Below are positions 37,132-46,959 of a stretch of DNA of 64,000 nucleotides, one piece after another. Location: the IMG/VR virus record IMGVR_UViG_3300042484_002457, positions 145,544 to 209,543 of that record. One strand, given 5' to 3'. A program made the translations under genes and the position numbers. Each line of letters opens with the position of its first letter. Within the stretch, counting starts at the first letter, position 1. The notes under the pieces are model-generated. The model was not told the origin of the DNA. It saw only the letters and a list, made by a program, of their open reading frames with translations, and did no database searches.

Positions 37132-37986
37132 ATGGAACAAACAGTACAAGAACCCAAATTTGACATTGCAATATTGCTGGCCACACGTGGTCGCACAGAC
37201 TCGGTAAGTCGCAGTATTCGCAGCCTAGTTGACCTTGCTGACAACATCAAAAGTGTACAAATCATGTTTGCTTTTGACAAGGATGACAGTGTGGGCCCGT
37301 CACACTTTTTGACAGACATCAAACCCATGTTGGATCAGGCTGGTGTATCATACACTGCCATGAACTTTGAACCCATGGGTTATGTGAACTTGCACAAGTA
37401 CAACAATGCCATGGCCGCAAGGACCAACAGCCGATGGTTGGTTATCTGGAATGACGACGCTGTGATGCAGACCAAGGGCTGGGACAGCAAGATCATGGGT
37501 TATCATGAGCAATTCAAGTTGCTGGCATTTCGCACACACAATCTGCATCCGTATAGTATTTTTCCAATTGTGCCAAGAAAGTGGTATGACTTGTTGGGTT
37601 ACATCAGTCCGCACCCCACACAGGATGGTTGGGTAAGTCAACAAGCATATCTGTTGGACATATATGAGCGCATTGACGTAGATGTATTGCACGACCGCTA
37701 TGACTTGACTGGCAACAACAACGACGAAACATTCCGCAATCGCCCCATGCTAGAAGGCAAACCCAACGATCCCAATGATTTTCACAGTGAGAACATGATT
37801 GATTTACGGCACCGTGATGCTGCAAAACTGGCTACATGGATGCGGGGACAAAGTATCAGTACCAAGTTCTTTGAAGCGGTGTTTGCCGGAACACAAGACC
37901 CCTGGGAAAAACTAGCCCAGAACGATGTGAATCAGTTAATGGTACAATTTGCCAACCCACACAAGCACTTCTCTGACAGTAAATAA
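37132..37986 (+). CDS. GT-A (GT2-like) glycosyltransferase
   Basis: ILLATRGR, FAFDKDD, VIWNDDA (DxD-like), FPIV; start MEQTVQ. Confidence 0.65.
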   Translation: MEQTVQEPKFDIAILLATRGRTDSVSRSIRSLVDLADNIKSVQIMFAFDKDDSVGPSHFLTDIKPMLDQAGVSYTAMNFEPMGYVNLHKYNNAMAARTNSRWLVIWNDDAVMQTKGWDSKIMGYHEQFKLLAFRTHNLHPYSIFPIVPRKWYDLLGYISPHPTQDGWVSQQAYLLDIYERIDVDVLHDRYDLTGNNNDETFRNRPMLEGKPNDPNDFHSENMIDLRHRDAAKLATWMRGQSISTKFFEAVFAGTQDPWEKLAQNDVNQLMVQFANPHKHFSDSK

Positions 37987-37989
37987 CAA

Positions 37990-39990
37990 ATGAAAAACAA
38001 AATTGCCTGGGTTCAACCCAACTTTCAGCAAGGTCCCAAAGAGTTTAATGCTTATTATCTTCCTTACTCTGCAGGTGTAGTATGGAGTTACAGTCTAGCT
38101 GATCCAGCCATACGTGAACGATTTGAAGCCACTGACTGGATCTGGCGCCGAGATGCACTGGAGCCAACAGCACAACGCCTGGCACTCAATAACATTGTGA
38201 CTTTCAGTACCTATGTATGGAATCACCGCTATAACTATGAGTTGGCCCGCCGAATCAAAGAAATCAATCCCACGGTATTGACTGTGTTCGGGGGTCCTGA
38301 GCCGGCAATAACTGACCCAGATCTGTTTCGCAAAGAACCTTTCATGGACCTGGTGATCTGTTACGAAGGCGAAATCACATTCAAAAGAGTGCTGGAACAC
38401 TTTGAAACTGCTGACTGGGAATCGGTGCCAGGACTGTTGATCAATCGCAACGGTGAGGCTGTGAAAACCCAAGACGCTGAACGTATTGAAAGTCTTGAGC
38501 AGGTAGCTAGTCCTTACTTGTCGGGCATATTTGATCAAATGATGGCGGACCATCCTGAAGTAACATGGCAAGGCACCCTGGAAACCAATCGTGGTTGTCC
38601 GTTTGCCTGTACTTTTTGTGACTGGGGTAGTCTAACTTACAACAAGGTCAAGCAGTTTGAACTCACTCGAGTGTTCCACGAACTTGAATGGATGGCCCAA
38701 CGCAACTTCGATTGGATCTCAATCACCGATGCCAACTTTGGCATGTTTCCCGAACGTGATGGCATGATTGCAGACAAGATCATTGAGATGCAGGAAAAGT
38801 ACGGATCACCGCGCACCTTCTCAGTGGCCTGGGCCAAGAATCAAAAGAAGGAAGTGATTGACATTGTGAAAAAACTGCTGGATGCTCGAGGCTTCAATCA
38901 AGGTCTCACGCTGAGTGTACAGAGTCTTGACTTGGATGTGCTGGAAAATATTCGCAGAAAAAACATGGAAATGAACAAACTAAACGAAGTGTTTGAACTG
39001 TGTGATCAACGCAATATTCCTGCCTATACCGAGCTGATCCTTGGCTTGCCCGGGGAAACGTTAGAGACCTGGAAGAAAAATTTCTATGCATTGTATGATC
39101 TAAATCAGCACACTGGTATCACTGTGTTCCAAGCCCAGCTGTTGGAAAATGCTGAGATGAATCTACTACAGAAAAAACTGTTCAAGATCACTAGCCAACC
39201 AGTTACCGATTACTTTGCTGGCTCATACAGTGTGGAACACATTGAAGAAAGCATTGACGTTATAACTGGCACCAAAGACATGCCCACCCCTGTGATGTTG
39301 GATGCACAGATTTTTTCGTGGTTCCAAACTACTATGCACATCAATGGATTTGCTACTATAGTGGCCAGGTTTATCAACAAGTATCTAGGCATCAGTTACC
39401 ACAACTACTATGAAGACCTGTTTGCATATGCCATGACTCATGACTGGTTGAAGAAAGAAGCAGACGAAGCTAGAACGTATTTTTCTAACTGGATGGATAC
39501 TGGCCGGATCAACCATCCCAAGATTGGTGTGGAGATTCATGGTTGGAACATCATACATCGTACATCAATGAACATGCACCAAGAAGACCGTGTGGATGAC
39601 TTGTATGATTTCTTGGAAACTTTCTTAGAGCGTTACAACTTGCCCAAAAATCTATTAGCCAGCCTCATGCGTCTCCAACGCAGTTACTACATCAAGTATG
39701 ATGACAGAAATGCCTATCCCATGAATTTGACTCTAGACTATAATATTTGGGAATACCTCAGTTTTAACCGACCCTTGGTCAATGAACCCACAGTGTATCG
39801 TTTGGATTTTCCTGAAGACAAGACCATGAGCCTCAATAGATTTTTGGAATTGTTTTATTTTGCTCGACGTCGCAACTTTGGCAAAGCCACAGTTGATTTA
39901 GTAGGCAAAGTTGACAGCAAAGCAAGTCAGCGCGGCAAAGGTGCTGCCAAGGCACAAGGTTCATTCTCAATCAAACAACTAGCAGCCTAA
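37990..39990 (+). CDS. cobalamin-binding radical SAM enzyme (class B methyltransferase-like)
   Basis: N-terminal B12-binding domain (YLPYSAG, FSTYVWN, VFGGPE, YEGE) then ETNRGCPFACTFCDW, TDANFG, ELILGLPGET. Confidence 0.85.
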   Translation: MKNKIAWVQPNFQQGPKEFNAYYLPYSAGVVWSYSLADPAIRERFEATDWIWRRDALEPTAQRLALNNIVTFSTYVWNHRYNYELARRIKEINPTVLTVFGGPEPAITDPDLFRKEPFMDLVICYEGEITFKRVLEHFETADWESVPGLLINRNGEAVKTQDAERIESLEQVASPYLSGIFDQMMADHPEVTWQGTLETNRGCPFACTFCDWGSLTYNKVKQFELTRVFHELEWMAQRNFDWISITDANFGMFPERDGMIADKIIEMQEKYGSPRTFSVAWAKNQKKEVIDIVKKLLDARGFNQGLTLSVQSLDLDVLENIRRKNMEMNKLNEVFELCDQRNIPAYTELILGLPGETLETWKKNFYALYDLNQHTGITVFQAQLLENAEMNLLQKKLFKITSQPVTDYFAGSYSVEHIEESIDVITGTKDMPTPVMLDAQIFSWFQTTMHINGFATIVARFINKYLGISYHNYYEDLFAYAMTHDWLKKEADEARTYFSNWMDTGRINHPKIGVEIHGWNIIHRTSMNMHQEDRVDDLYDFLETFLERYNLPKNLLASLMRLQRSYYIKYDDRNAYPMNLTLDYNIWEYLSFNRPLVNEPTVYRLDFPEDKTMSLNRFLELFYFARRRNFGKATVDLVGKVDSKASQRGKGAAKAQGSFSIKQLAA

Positions 39991-40670
39991 TGAAGAGACT
40001 GTTCACTTTTGGGTGTAGCTTCACTAACTACAGATGGAGCACCTGGGCTGACTGTCTAGCACCCGAATTTGACTACTTTGAAAATTGGGGTCAGAGCGGC
40101 GGTGGCAACGGCTATATCATGAACTCAGTGATGGAAGCCGATCAACGCAATCGATTTGGTCCAAATGACACTGTGGTTGTGTGCTGGACCAGTCACACGC
40201 GAGATGATCGATATGCCAATCGAAAGTGGCAGACTTTGGGAAATATTTTTACTTGCCCCATATACGATCCTGCGTATTTGAAAACTCATGTTGATGATCG
40301 TGGTTACATGATACGTGATCTTGCGTATGTCAAGGCTGTAAAAACTTTATTGGAATCTCGGCCTGGACTGACCTGGAGATTTATCAGCATGACCACCTGG
40401 GGGTCAGTATCATTTTATAGTGACGCTGTTGAGCTGTATAAAGATTGTGTTGATATTATTTCCAAAGGCTACGATCAAGTGCTTTACCCCAACGGCTGGC
40501 CCAATCGAGAAGATCCACACCCTAGCCCTGCTGAGCATTTGGCCTATTTGGATGCAGTATTGCCTGGTTGGGTTACAAAACAATCTACTCGTGTTATAAT
40601 GCATGATGAAAGCGTCAATCTAAATAAAGATCCCCGTAAGTCGGGTATGGCAAAAGTAACAAGACTATGA
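39990..40670 (+). CDS. SGNH-hydrolase-like protein
   Basis: FTFGCSFT, GQSGGGN, EDPHPS. Confidence 0.55.
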   Translation: MKRLFTFGCSFTNYRWSTWADCLAPEFDYFENWGQSGGGNGYIMNSVMEADQRNRFGPNDTVVVCWTSHTRDDRYANRKWQTLGNIFTCPIYDPAYLKTHVDDRGYMIRDLAYVKAVKTLLESRPGLTWRFISMTTWGSVSFYSDAVELYKDCVDIISKGYDQVLYPNGWPNREDPHPSPAEHLAYLDAVLPGWVTKQSTRVIMHDESVNLNKDPRKSGMAKVTRL

Positions 40671-40942
40671 CACCACAACACAAAGAGATTCTAGATATCA
40701 CACAAGAAGAGTGTGCTGAGGTAATTGTTGCCGTCAGCAAAATTAACCGTTTTGGTCTAGACAATGTCAAGCCTGGCAAACCATTGACCAATAGGCAACA
40801 CCTGGCAGAAGAACTAGGGGACTTGCAGGCCATGATTGATTTGTGCACTGACTTCGACCTTGTGAGTCGCGAGGAGGTGCTTGCTGCTGCCAGCAACAAG
40901 ATTACCAAACTAAAACAGTGGTCAAACATTTTTAAGGACTAA
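40667..40942 (+). CDS. MazG-like nucleotide pyrophosphohydrolase
   Basis: QEECAEV...LAEELGDL (ExxE...EExxD). Confidence 0.75.
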   Translation: MTPQHKEILDITQEECAEVIVAVSKINRFGLDNVKPGKPLTNRQHLAEELGDLQAMIDLCTDFDLVSREEVLAAASNKITKLKQWSNIFKD

Positions 40943-40943
40943 C

Positions 40944-41789
40944 ATGAAATTAAAAGTAAGTGAACTATTTTATTCTGCACAAGGCGAAGGCCGCTATGTA
41001 GGCGTTCCTTCAATTTTCCTCCGCACATTTGGTTGTAACTTCACCTGTTCAGGCTTTGGTTGTAAGCCTGGAGAAAAAAGCACAGGTGCTGACGAAGTTG
41101 CCAAGACTGTGCATTTATACAAGACTTTTGAAGAACTGCCATTAGTAGATACTGGCTGCGACAGCTATGCTAGTTGGCATCCAGACTTCAAACATCTAAG
41201 CCCCACATACACTCCTGAAGAACTTGTGGAAAAGATGGCAGCATTGTTGCCTAACAATAACTGGCAACAACCCAACGGCAACCCTGTACACTTGGTTATC
41301 ACTGGTGGCGAGCCATTGCTGGGCTGGCAGCGAGCATATCCTGAGTTGTTGGACCTGTTGCACGAACGTGGTTTGCGACACATTACATTTGAAACCAATG
41401 GTACTCAAGAACTCACACGTGACTTCAAACAGTATCTGGCAAACTGGCACGGTGAGATCACATTCTCAGTAAGCCCCAAGCTGAGTGTATCAGGTGAGAC
41501 TTGGGCAGATGCAATCAAGCCAGATATTGTATGGGATTACGAAACACATGGCATCACTTACTTGAAGTTTGTGGTAGACAAGATTGAAGACTTCGACGAG
41601 CTGGATCGTGCTGTGGATGAGTATCGACTGCGTGGTTTCAGTGGCCCCGTGTTCGTGATGCCAGTGGGCGGTGTGGTTAGCGTATATGACAGCAATAGAA
41701 TTCATGTTGCAGACGAAGCACTCAAACGCGGTTACTGGTATACCCCAAGATTGCATGTGGATCTTTGGGGCAATGGCTGGGGGAAATAA
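40944..41789 (+). CDS. queE: 7-carboxy-7-deazaguanine synthase (radical SAM)
   Basis: ELFYSAQGEG, FLRTFGCNFTC..., VITGGEPL, FETNGT, SVSPKL, LKFVV, PRLHVDLWG; long insert before third Cys. Confidence 0.9.
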   Translation: MKLKVSELFYSAQGEGRYVGVPSIFLRTFGCNFTCSGFGCKPGEKSTGADEVAKTVHLYKTFEELPLVDTGCDSYASWHPDFKHLSPTYTPEELVEKMAALLPNNNWQQPNGNPVHLVITGGEPLLGWQRAYPELLDLLHERGLRHITFETNGTQELTRDFKQYLANWHGEITFSVSPKLSVSGETWADAIKPDIVWDYETHGITYLKFVVDKIEDFDELDRAVDEYRLRGFSGPVFVMPVGGVVSVYDSNRIHVADEALKRGYWYTPRLHVDLWGNGWGK

Positions 41790-41790
41790 C

Positions 41791-42498
41791 ATGTTTGATT
41801 GTGTACTGGTTAATGGTGACAGCTATTCTGCAAAGAACAGCTCGACTCATGTTTACAGCGATTTTTTAAAAAAAGAGCTAGACTTACCAGTACACAACAT
41901 AGCAGCAATTGGTGCAAACAATCAAAGAATTATAAGAAGTACGATAGAAAAAGCACTAGAGTTAAAATATCAAGGTAACATGCCATTGATATTGATTGGT
42001 TGGAGTTTTATTCGGCGTATAGAAGTTTGGTATTATGGCAACAAACCTGGAGTGTTAAATCGAATTCCAGATTCTCTAGTAGGTAACGAACATAAAAATC
42101 CAAAGTTTGTTACACTCGATGTGTTGTTGAAGGAGAACGAAGCTACCTTAGAACAGAAATGTTTAATCAACAACGACATGTTTGTACACTCACAATTGAC
42201 TAATTTTTATACCAGTCTTTTTATGCTTGCAAACACCTTAGAAGCATTGGGGCTTGAATATCGATTTTTTTCTGCTGCTAAAAACACTGAGATCCCAGTA
42301 AATAGTTTTCCCTACATTGAATCTTTACAACAAGTGCAATGGTGTATTAACAATAAGAATTTTTATCAGTTGCATAATTTTTGTGTGCTAGATTGGGCCA
42401 AAGACAATGATCCTAATGCTCATCAAGTCACTGGGCATCTAAGTACAGAAGGGCACAAAAAGTTTGCAAAATTTTTACAAGGTATTATATATGTTTGA
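41791..42498 (+). CDS. SGNH-hydrolase-like protein
   Basis: VNGDSYS, GANNQRI, TGHLSTEGH; start MFDCV. Confidence 0.55.
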   Translation: MFDCVLVNGDSYSAKNSSTHVYSDFLKKELDLPVHNIAAIGANNQRIIRSTIEKALELKYQGNMPLILIGWSFIRRIEVWYYGNKPGVLNRIPDSLVGNEHKNPKFVTLDVLLKENEATLEQKCLINNDMFVHSQLTNFYTSLFMLANTLEALGLEYRFFSAAKNTEIPVNSFPYIESLQQVQWCINNKNFYQLHNFCVLDWAKDNDPNAHQVTGHLSTEGHKKFAKFLQGIIYV

Positions 42499-42883
42499 TT
42501 GGTTTAAGAAAAAGCCCAAAGCAACAGCAGAGCCAAAGCCTGCTAAAGAGCCCCGCGTCAAGGCACCTGTCAAGACTGACAAGGACATTGCTACAGAAAA
42601 CAAAGAGCCTTATGTGGCCATGATCCGCATGGACATTGATCCCAACAATTTGCACCAAGGTGCATTTGAACTGGACTGGAACGATATTTTTGTAGCAAGG
42701 CTGGTCAAGGCTGGCTACATGATGAAGCCTGAAGATACTGATGCTGAAATTGTAGATCGCTGGTTCCAGAACGTGTGCAGACATGTTGTGATGGAAACAT
42801 GGGAACAAGAACAAGCCATGCGCAAATCAGGCGTATGGGTCAAGAGCACCGACATTGGTGGCGGACGAAGTGAGGTATCATGA
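42491..42883 (+). CDS. hypothetical protein
   Basis: 130 aa from MFDWFKK, coupled overlaps. Confidence 0.7.
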   Translation: MFDWFKKKPKATAEPKPAKEPRVKAPVKTDKDIATENKEPYVAMIRMDIDPNNLHQGAFELDWNDIFVARLVKAGYMMKPEDTDAEIVDRWFQNVCRHVVMETWEQEQAMRKSGVWVKSTDIGGGRSEVS

Positions 42884-43371
42884 TTTTTAACCATATTAAA
42901 GAACTCAAAGCACAAGGCAAACGAATTGGCATCACATTCAGTCAATTTGACATGCTGCATGCTGGACACATTGCCATGTTAGCCGAAGCTAAAAACCACT
43001 GCGACTATCTTATTGCAGGGCTACAAACTGACGCCAGCATTGATCGTCCGGGCATTAAAAATGCTCCAGTACAAAGCATTGTGGAGAGACAGATACAATT
43101 GAGTGCCTGTAGATTTGTAGACGAGATTGTGGTGTACACTACAGAGCGAGACTTGATTGACTTGATTCTTACCTTGCCCATTGATGTACGCATCCTGGGC
43201 CAAGAGTACGAAGACACAAATTTTACTGGACGCAACGAAGGCACCGGCCTGGGAATAGAGCATGTGTTCAACAGCAGAGATCACTCGTTCTCCAGCAGCA
43301 GCTTACGCAAACGTGCAGCAGCAGCCGAAGCTGAAAAGGAACTCTCAAATGGAACCAATAACGCCGCCTAA
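42880..43371 (+). CDS. cytidylyltransferase (TagD/RfaE-like)
   Basis: GITFSQFDMLHAGHI, VGL..D, ER, VDEIV, G..Y, RDHSFSSS. Confidence 0.85.
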   Translation: MIFNHIKELKAQGKRIGITFSQFDMLHAGHIAMLAEAKNHCDYLIAGLQTDASIDRPGIKNAPVQSIVERQIQLSACRFVDEIVVYTTERDLIDLILTLPIDVRILGQEYEDTNFTGRNEGTGLGIEHVFNSRDHSFSSSSLRKRAAAAEAEKELSNGTNNAA

Positions 43372-43588
43372 GACTTTCAAGGTCTATACTCTGATCAAGC
43401 AAACAGGCTTGAACATGACCTATGTGTACGGTACAGGCGCCAACATTACATTTGGGCCAGGTTTTTATCAATCAAAAGATGAAGCTGAGCAGTATCGTAC
43501 CCTAGAAGTTCTCAAAGACACTGCTAATCCAAAATCCAACTATCTTGTGTTTGAACTTGAAGTTCCTAATCCTGCATATCACGAATGA
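43349..43588 (+). CDS. hypothetical protein
   Basis: 79 aa from MEPITPP, SD AAGGA. Confidence 0.6.
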   Translation: MEPITPPKTFKVYTLIKQTGLNMTYVYGTGANITFGPGFYQSKDEAEQYRTLEVLKDTANPKSNYLVFELEVPNPAYHE

Positions 43589-44355
43589 TATTGTACGTAA
43601 ACGGCGATAGTCATGCCGCAGCCGCTGAAGCTGCGGTGCCACATGCTTGGGCACAAGATGACGAATTTCTTTGGGGTATGGGCTGCCAGGCGCATCCTGC
43701 CAATGTTCGTGTGAGTTTTGGTTGTGAGTTAGCCAATCATTTGTTTGCTATCCTGGATCTGGATGCACAAGCTGGCGGTAGTAACGCTCGAATCATGCGT
43801 ACCACTCGTGCCTGGATTGAACGCAATCGTGGCAATTTAGATGATACTTTTATGTTGATACAGTGGAGCACCTGGGAGCGTGAGGAATGGTTCTATGACG
43901 ATGAATGGTGGCAAGTAAATGCTTCTGGCATTGATCAGGTGCCACCCGAGTTGGAACAACGTTACAAACAGTTTGTGGTTGATGTAGATTGGCCCAGTTG
44001 TACACGTCAAGCCCATGAAGAAATCTGGAACTTTCACCAGGAGCTGGAGCAACAGAATATTCGTCATTTGTTCTTTAGTGCAAACAGTCACTTTGCCATG
44101 CCAGTGCTAAATTCTCAAAATCTCATGGAACCGGTTATCTTACCCCAAGACCAAAAGGACTGGGGCGCCAGCTACCTAGGACCATATGATGCTGCACAGA
44201 CCTACAACAGTGTGCTAAAAAACAACGGATTTGAGTACAAAAATCCTTCAAGTTACCATTTTGGTGCGGATGCCCATTGCTTTTGGGCTGAATACCTGTT
44301 ACAATACATTAAACGTAACCAACTATTAAGACCACATGAAATACCTGCTGATTGA
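43585..44355 (+). CDS. SGNH-hydrolase-like protein
   Basis: YVNGDSHA, GGSNARI, YHFGADAH. Confidence 0.55.
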   Translation: MILYVNGDSHAAAAEAAVPHAWAQDDEFLWGMGCQAHPANVRVSFGCELANHLFAILDLDAQAGGSNARIMRTTRAWIERNRGNLDDTFMLIQWSTWEREEWFYDDEWWQVNASGIDQVPPELEQRYKQFVVDVDWPSCTRQAHEEIWNFHQELEQQNIRHLFFSANSHFAMPVLNSQNLMEPVILPQDQKDWGASYLGPYDAAQTYNSVLKNNGFEYKNPSSYHFGADAHCFWAEYLLQYIKRNQLLRPHEIPAD

Positions 44356-45412
44356 TACTAGCAACATGTTTTTCCGTGCACGCCACCAAGCACATCGTGC
44401 TAGTGACACATGGACCAAACTGGGCTTTGCATTGCATCTTACTTTTATGAGTGCAAACAAAGTGGCTCGCAGATTTGGTGCCGATCATGTGGTTTTCGCA
44501 CTGGAAGGTCGTAGCTGGCGCAAAGATGCCTACAAGCCCTACAAGGCCAATCGTGCTGTGGCACGTGGTGCCATGACAGAAACTGAAGCAGAAGAAGACA
44601 AGCTGTTCTGGGAAACCTATGATGAGATGACCAAATATTTGTCTGCAAAAACAAATTGCAGTGTTATCCGTTGTGCCACAGCCGAAGCTGATGACATCAT
44701 TGCTCGTTGGATCGCACTGCACCCCCAAGATGAAAATGTTATTGTCAGCTCTGATTCAGACTTTGTGCAATTGGTTGCACCCAATGTGCAACTCTACAAT
44801 GGCATAAATGATCACTTGTTCAGTGTTGATGGTGTTACTGACGACAAAGGACGCAAGTTGAGTTTTACTGTTGAAAGCAACAGCAAGATCAAGGTTGGCA
44901 AGGCCAATAGTGATTTTGAATCTCCTACTGATTATCAAAAGTGGGTGCTGTTCTTGAAGTGCATGCGCGGCGATCCTGGTGACAATGTGTTTAGTGCCTA
45001 TCCTGGTGTGCGTATAAAAGGCACAAAAAACAGTGTGGGTTTGACCGAAGCGTTTGAAGATCGCGATCGTCGCGGCTACAACTGGAACAACCTCATGCTG
45101 CAACGTTGGACCGATCATGAAAGTGCCGAGCACCGAGTGCTTGACGACTATGAACGCAATCGCACACTAATTGATCTTACTGCGCAACCTGATGACATCA
45201 AGCTGGCTGTGGACACTGCTATTGCAGAACAAATTTCACACAAAGATATTGGACAGGTGGGTGCACACTTTCTAAAATTTTGCGGAAAGTACGAACTCAA
45301 CAAACTCAGTGACCATGCTGAACAAATTGGTCGCTGGCTCAATATAACTTACAAGGGAGTTTTAGATGATCTTAGCCAAGCCCGTGGTAGCGAATCAGTA
45401 TTGGATTCTTAA
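44336..45412 (+). CDS. rnh: T4-type RNase H / 5'-3' exonuclease (FEN superfamily)
   Basis: IDTSN, LEGRSWRK..YKPYKANR, EADDII, SSDSDFVQL, GDPGDNV. Confidence 0.9.
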   Translation: MKYLLIDTSNMFFRARHQAHRASDTWTKLGFALHLTFMSANKVARRFGADHVVFALEGRSWRKDAYKPYKANRAVARGAMTETEAEEDKLFWETYDEMTKYLSAKTNCSVIRCATAEADDIIARWIALHPQDENVIVSSDSDFVQLVAPNVQLYNGINDHLFSVDGVTDDKGRKLSFTVESNSKIKVGKANSDFESPTDYQKWVLFLKCMRGDPGDNVFSAYPGVRIKGTKNSVGLTEAFEDRDRRGYNWNNLMLQRWTDHESAEHRVLDDYERNRTLIDLTAQPDDIKLAVDTAIAEQISHKDIGQVGAHFLKFCGKYELNKLSDHAEQIGRWLNITYKGVLDDLSQARGSESVLDS

Positions 45413-45809
45413 AAAAGACGATCGCAAAATTGGTCAAGTAGAAGCTGTTGAAGATGGCTATACTGTAAAAATTCTCGATCGAGTTGCCAGATACAAAACC
45501 ATCAAGATGGCCGGCCGTGAAGCCAACATTGAATTTGAAAAGCCAGAAAAAACAAAAACAGTACCACGCAATCTAGTGCATGGTTACGAAGTAGCTGGCC
45601 GTGTGTATAACCCACTGTGGAATGTGCAACTCCGGTTGCCACTGTTTACCAAAGATGCCAAAAGCAAGAGTTGGTATGCTGCTGGATGGTACCGTGTGAA
45701 ACAACACCGTACCTGGAAAGTCATGCAAAATCCCAAGTTAATTACACTGCAACGCTATCAGTATCAAGGACCATTTCATACCAAGGAACAAACCAATGAA
45801 TCCGTTTAG
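45366..45809 (+). CDS. hypothetical protein
   Basis: 147 aa ORF in operon. Confidence 0.7.
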   Translation: MILAKPVVANQYWILKKDDRKIGQVEAVEDGYTVKILDRVARYKTIKMAGREANIEFEKPEKTKTVPRNLVHGYEVAGRVYNPLWNVQLRLPLFTKDAKSKSWYAAGWYRVKQHRTWKVMQNPKLITLQRYQYQGPFHTKEQTNESV

Positions 45810-46152
45810 GGACCAAGAAAAATTTATGCGGGCTTGCGACCAAAGTGTCACAGGAGATCAAGCACAGTTTGATATGTATATGGCATTAATCGATGAGGAA
45901 TACAAAGAACTTAAAGATGCTCCAGATGATGTTGAAACACTAGACGCTCTTATTGACATCTTAGTTGTTACTATTGGTGCTATCCACAGTGCTGGATGGG
46001 ATGCTGAGGGGGCCTGGAAAGAAGTCATGAGTACAAACTTTGCCAAGATTGATCGAGAAACAGGCAAGGTTCGCAAGCGTGAAGATGGCAAGGTACTCAA
46101 GCCTGTGGGCTGGACACCACCAGACCTTGAACCTTATGTTAATAAATCATGA
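45796..46152 (+). CDS. MazG-like/dUTPase-like all-alpha NTP pyrophosphohydrolase
   Basis: LIDEEYKEL...LDALIDILVV, VMSTNFAK, RKREDGKVLKP. Confidence 0.7.
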   Translation: MNPFRDQEKFMRACDQSVTGDQAQFDMYMALIDEEYKELKDAPDDVETLDALIDILVVTIGAIHSAGWDAEGAWKEVMSTNFAKIDRETGKVRKREDGKVLKPVGWTPPDLEPYVNKS

Positions 46153-46367
46153 GCTTGCATATAAATCGTTTTGTTGACAGTATCAAAGCACACGAGTCTC
46201 GTGGGCAACGCGAATTCACCATGACCTTGCGTGACGCCAAAGACCTGCATGCCGACATCACCAAGCTGTTGTTGACGCTGGAAACCATGCGATCCAGCGT
46301 CAACACATCTACTGAAGAACAAGTTATCACAGTTGAACTCAGTGGCGGAAGCTTTAAAACCACGTAG
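46149..46367 (+). CDS. hypothetical protein
   Basis: 72 aa, coupled. Confidence 0.65.
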   Translation: MSLHINRFVDSIKAHESRGQREFTMTLRDAKDLHADITKLLLTLETMRSSVNTSTEEQVITVELSGGSFKTT

Positions 46368-46392
46368 TTTTTGGCATAAATAAACTACGGAG
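46363..46392 (+). promoter_or_regulatory. hairpin with late promoter in loop and SD at stem base
   Basis: CGTAGTTT-(TTGGCATAAAT)-AAACTACG, GGAG 46389-46392. Confidence 0.65.
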
Positions 46393-46398
46393 ATTACG

Positions 46399-46959
46399 AT
46401 GAATGCCATCAAGCCAACTTGGTTATACATAAAACAGCACAATGTTACTGGGTTAAAATACTTTGGTAAAACTACTCAACAGGATCCTTGCAAATACAAA
46501 GGGTCCGGTATTCGATGGACCAGGCATTTAAAAAAGCACGGGAATGATGTAACTACGTTGTGGTGTCAATTGTTTGACGACAAAACAGAATTAGTCAACT
46601 TTGCTACAAAATTTAGTCAAGAAAATCAAATTGTTGTGTCCGAGCAATGGGCTAATGTTCGGTCCGAAGATGGTCTAATGGGCGGCGATACTGGCATATC
46701 AATCGAAGGTCGTAAAATAATTAGTGAAAAATCTAAAAATTTCAGGCACACCGAAGAAACAAAATTACGGATCAAAGAGGCTCGAGCAAAACAAACAAAT
46801 CTTCGTACAGGGCAAAAGCATTCTCCCGAAACCATAGAAAAAATTAAGGCTGCTCGCGCCCTACAAATAATGCCAACGGGACAAAAACTGTCCGACGAGA
46901 CAAGAAAAAAGATTTCTGAGTCTCAAAAAATTAGAATGGCAAAAAGGAAAATATCGTGA
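46399..46959 (+). CDS. GIY-YIG homing endonuclease with NUMOD3 repeats
   Basis: WLYIKQHNVTGLKYFGKT...YKGSG..W..H; HTEETK, HSPETI, LSDETR repeats. Confidence 0.85.
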   Translation: MNAIKPTWLYIKQHNVTGLKYFGKTTQQDPCKYKGSGIRWTRHLKKHGNDVTTLWCQLFDDKTELVNFATKFSQENQIVVSEQWANVRSEDGLMGGDTGISIEGRKIISEKSKNFRHTEETKLRIKEARAKQTNLRTGQKHSPETIEKIKAARALQIMPTGQKLSDETRKKISESQKIRMAKRKIS

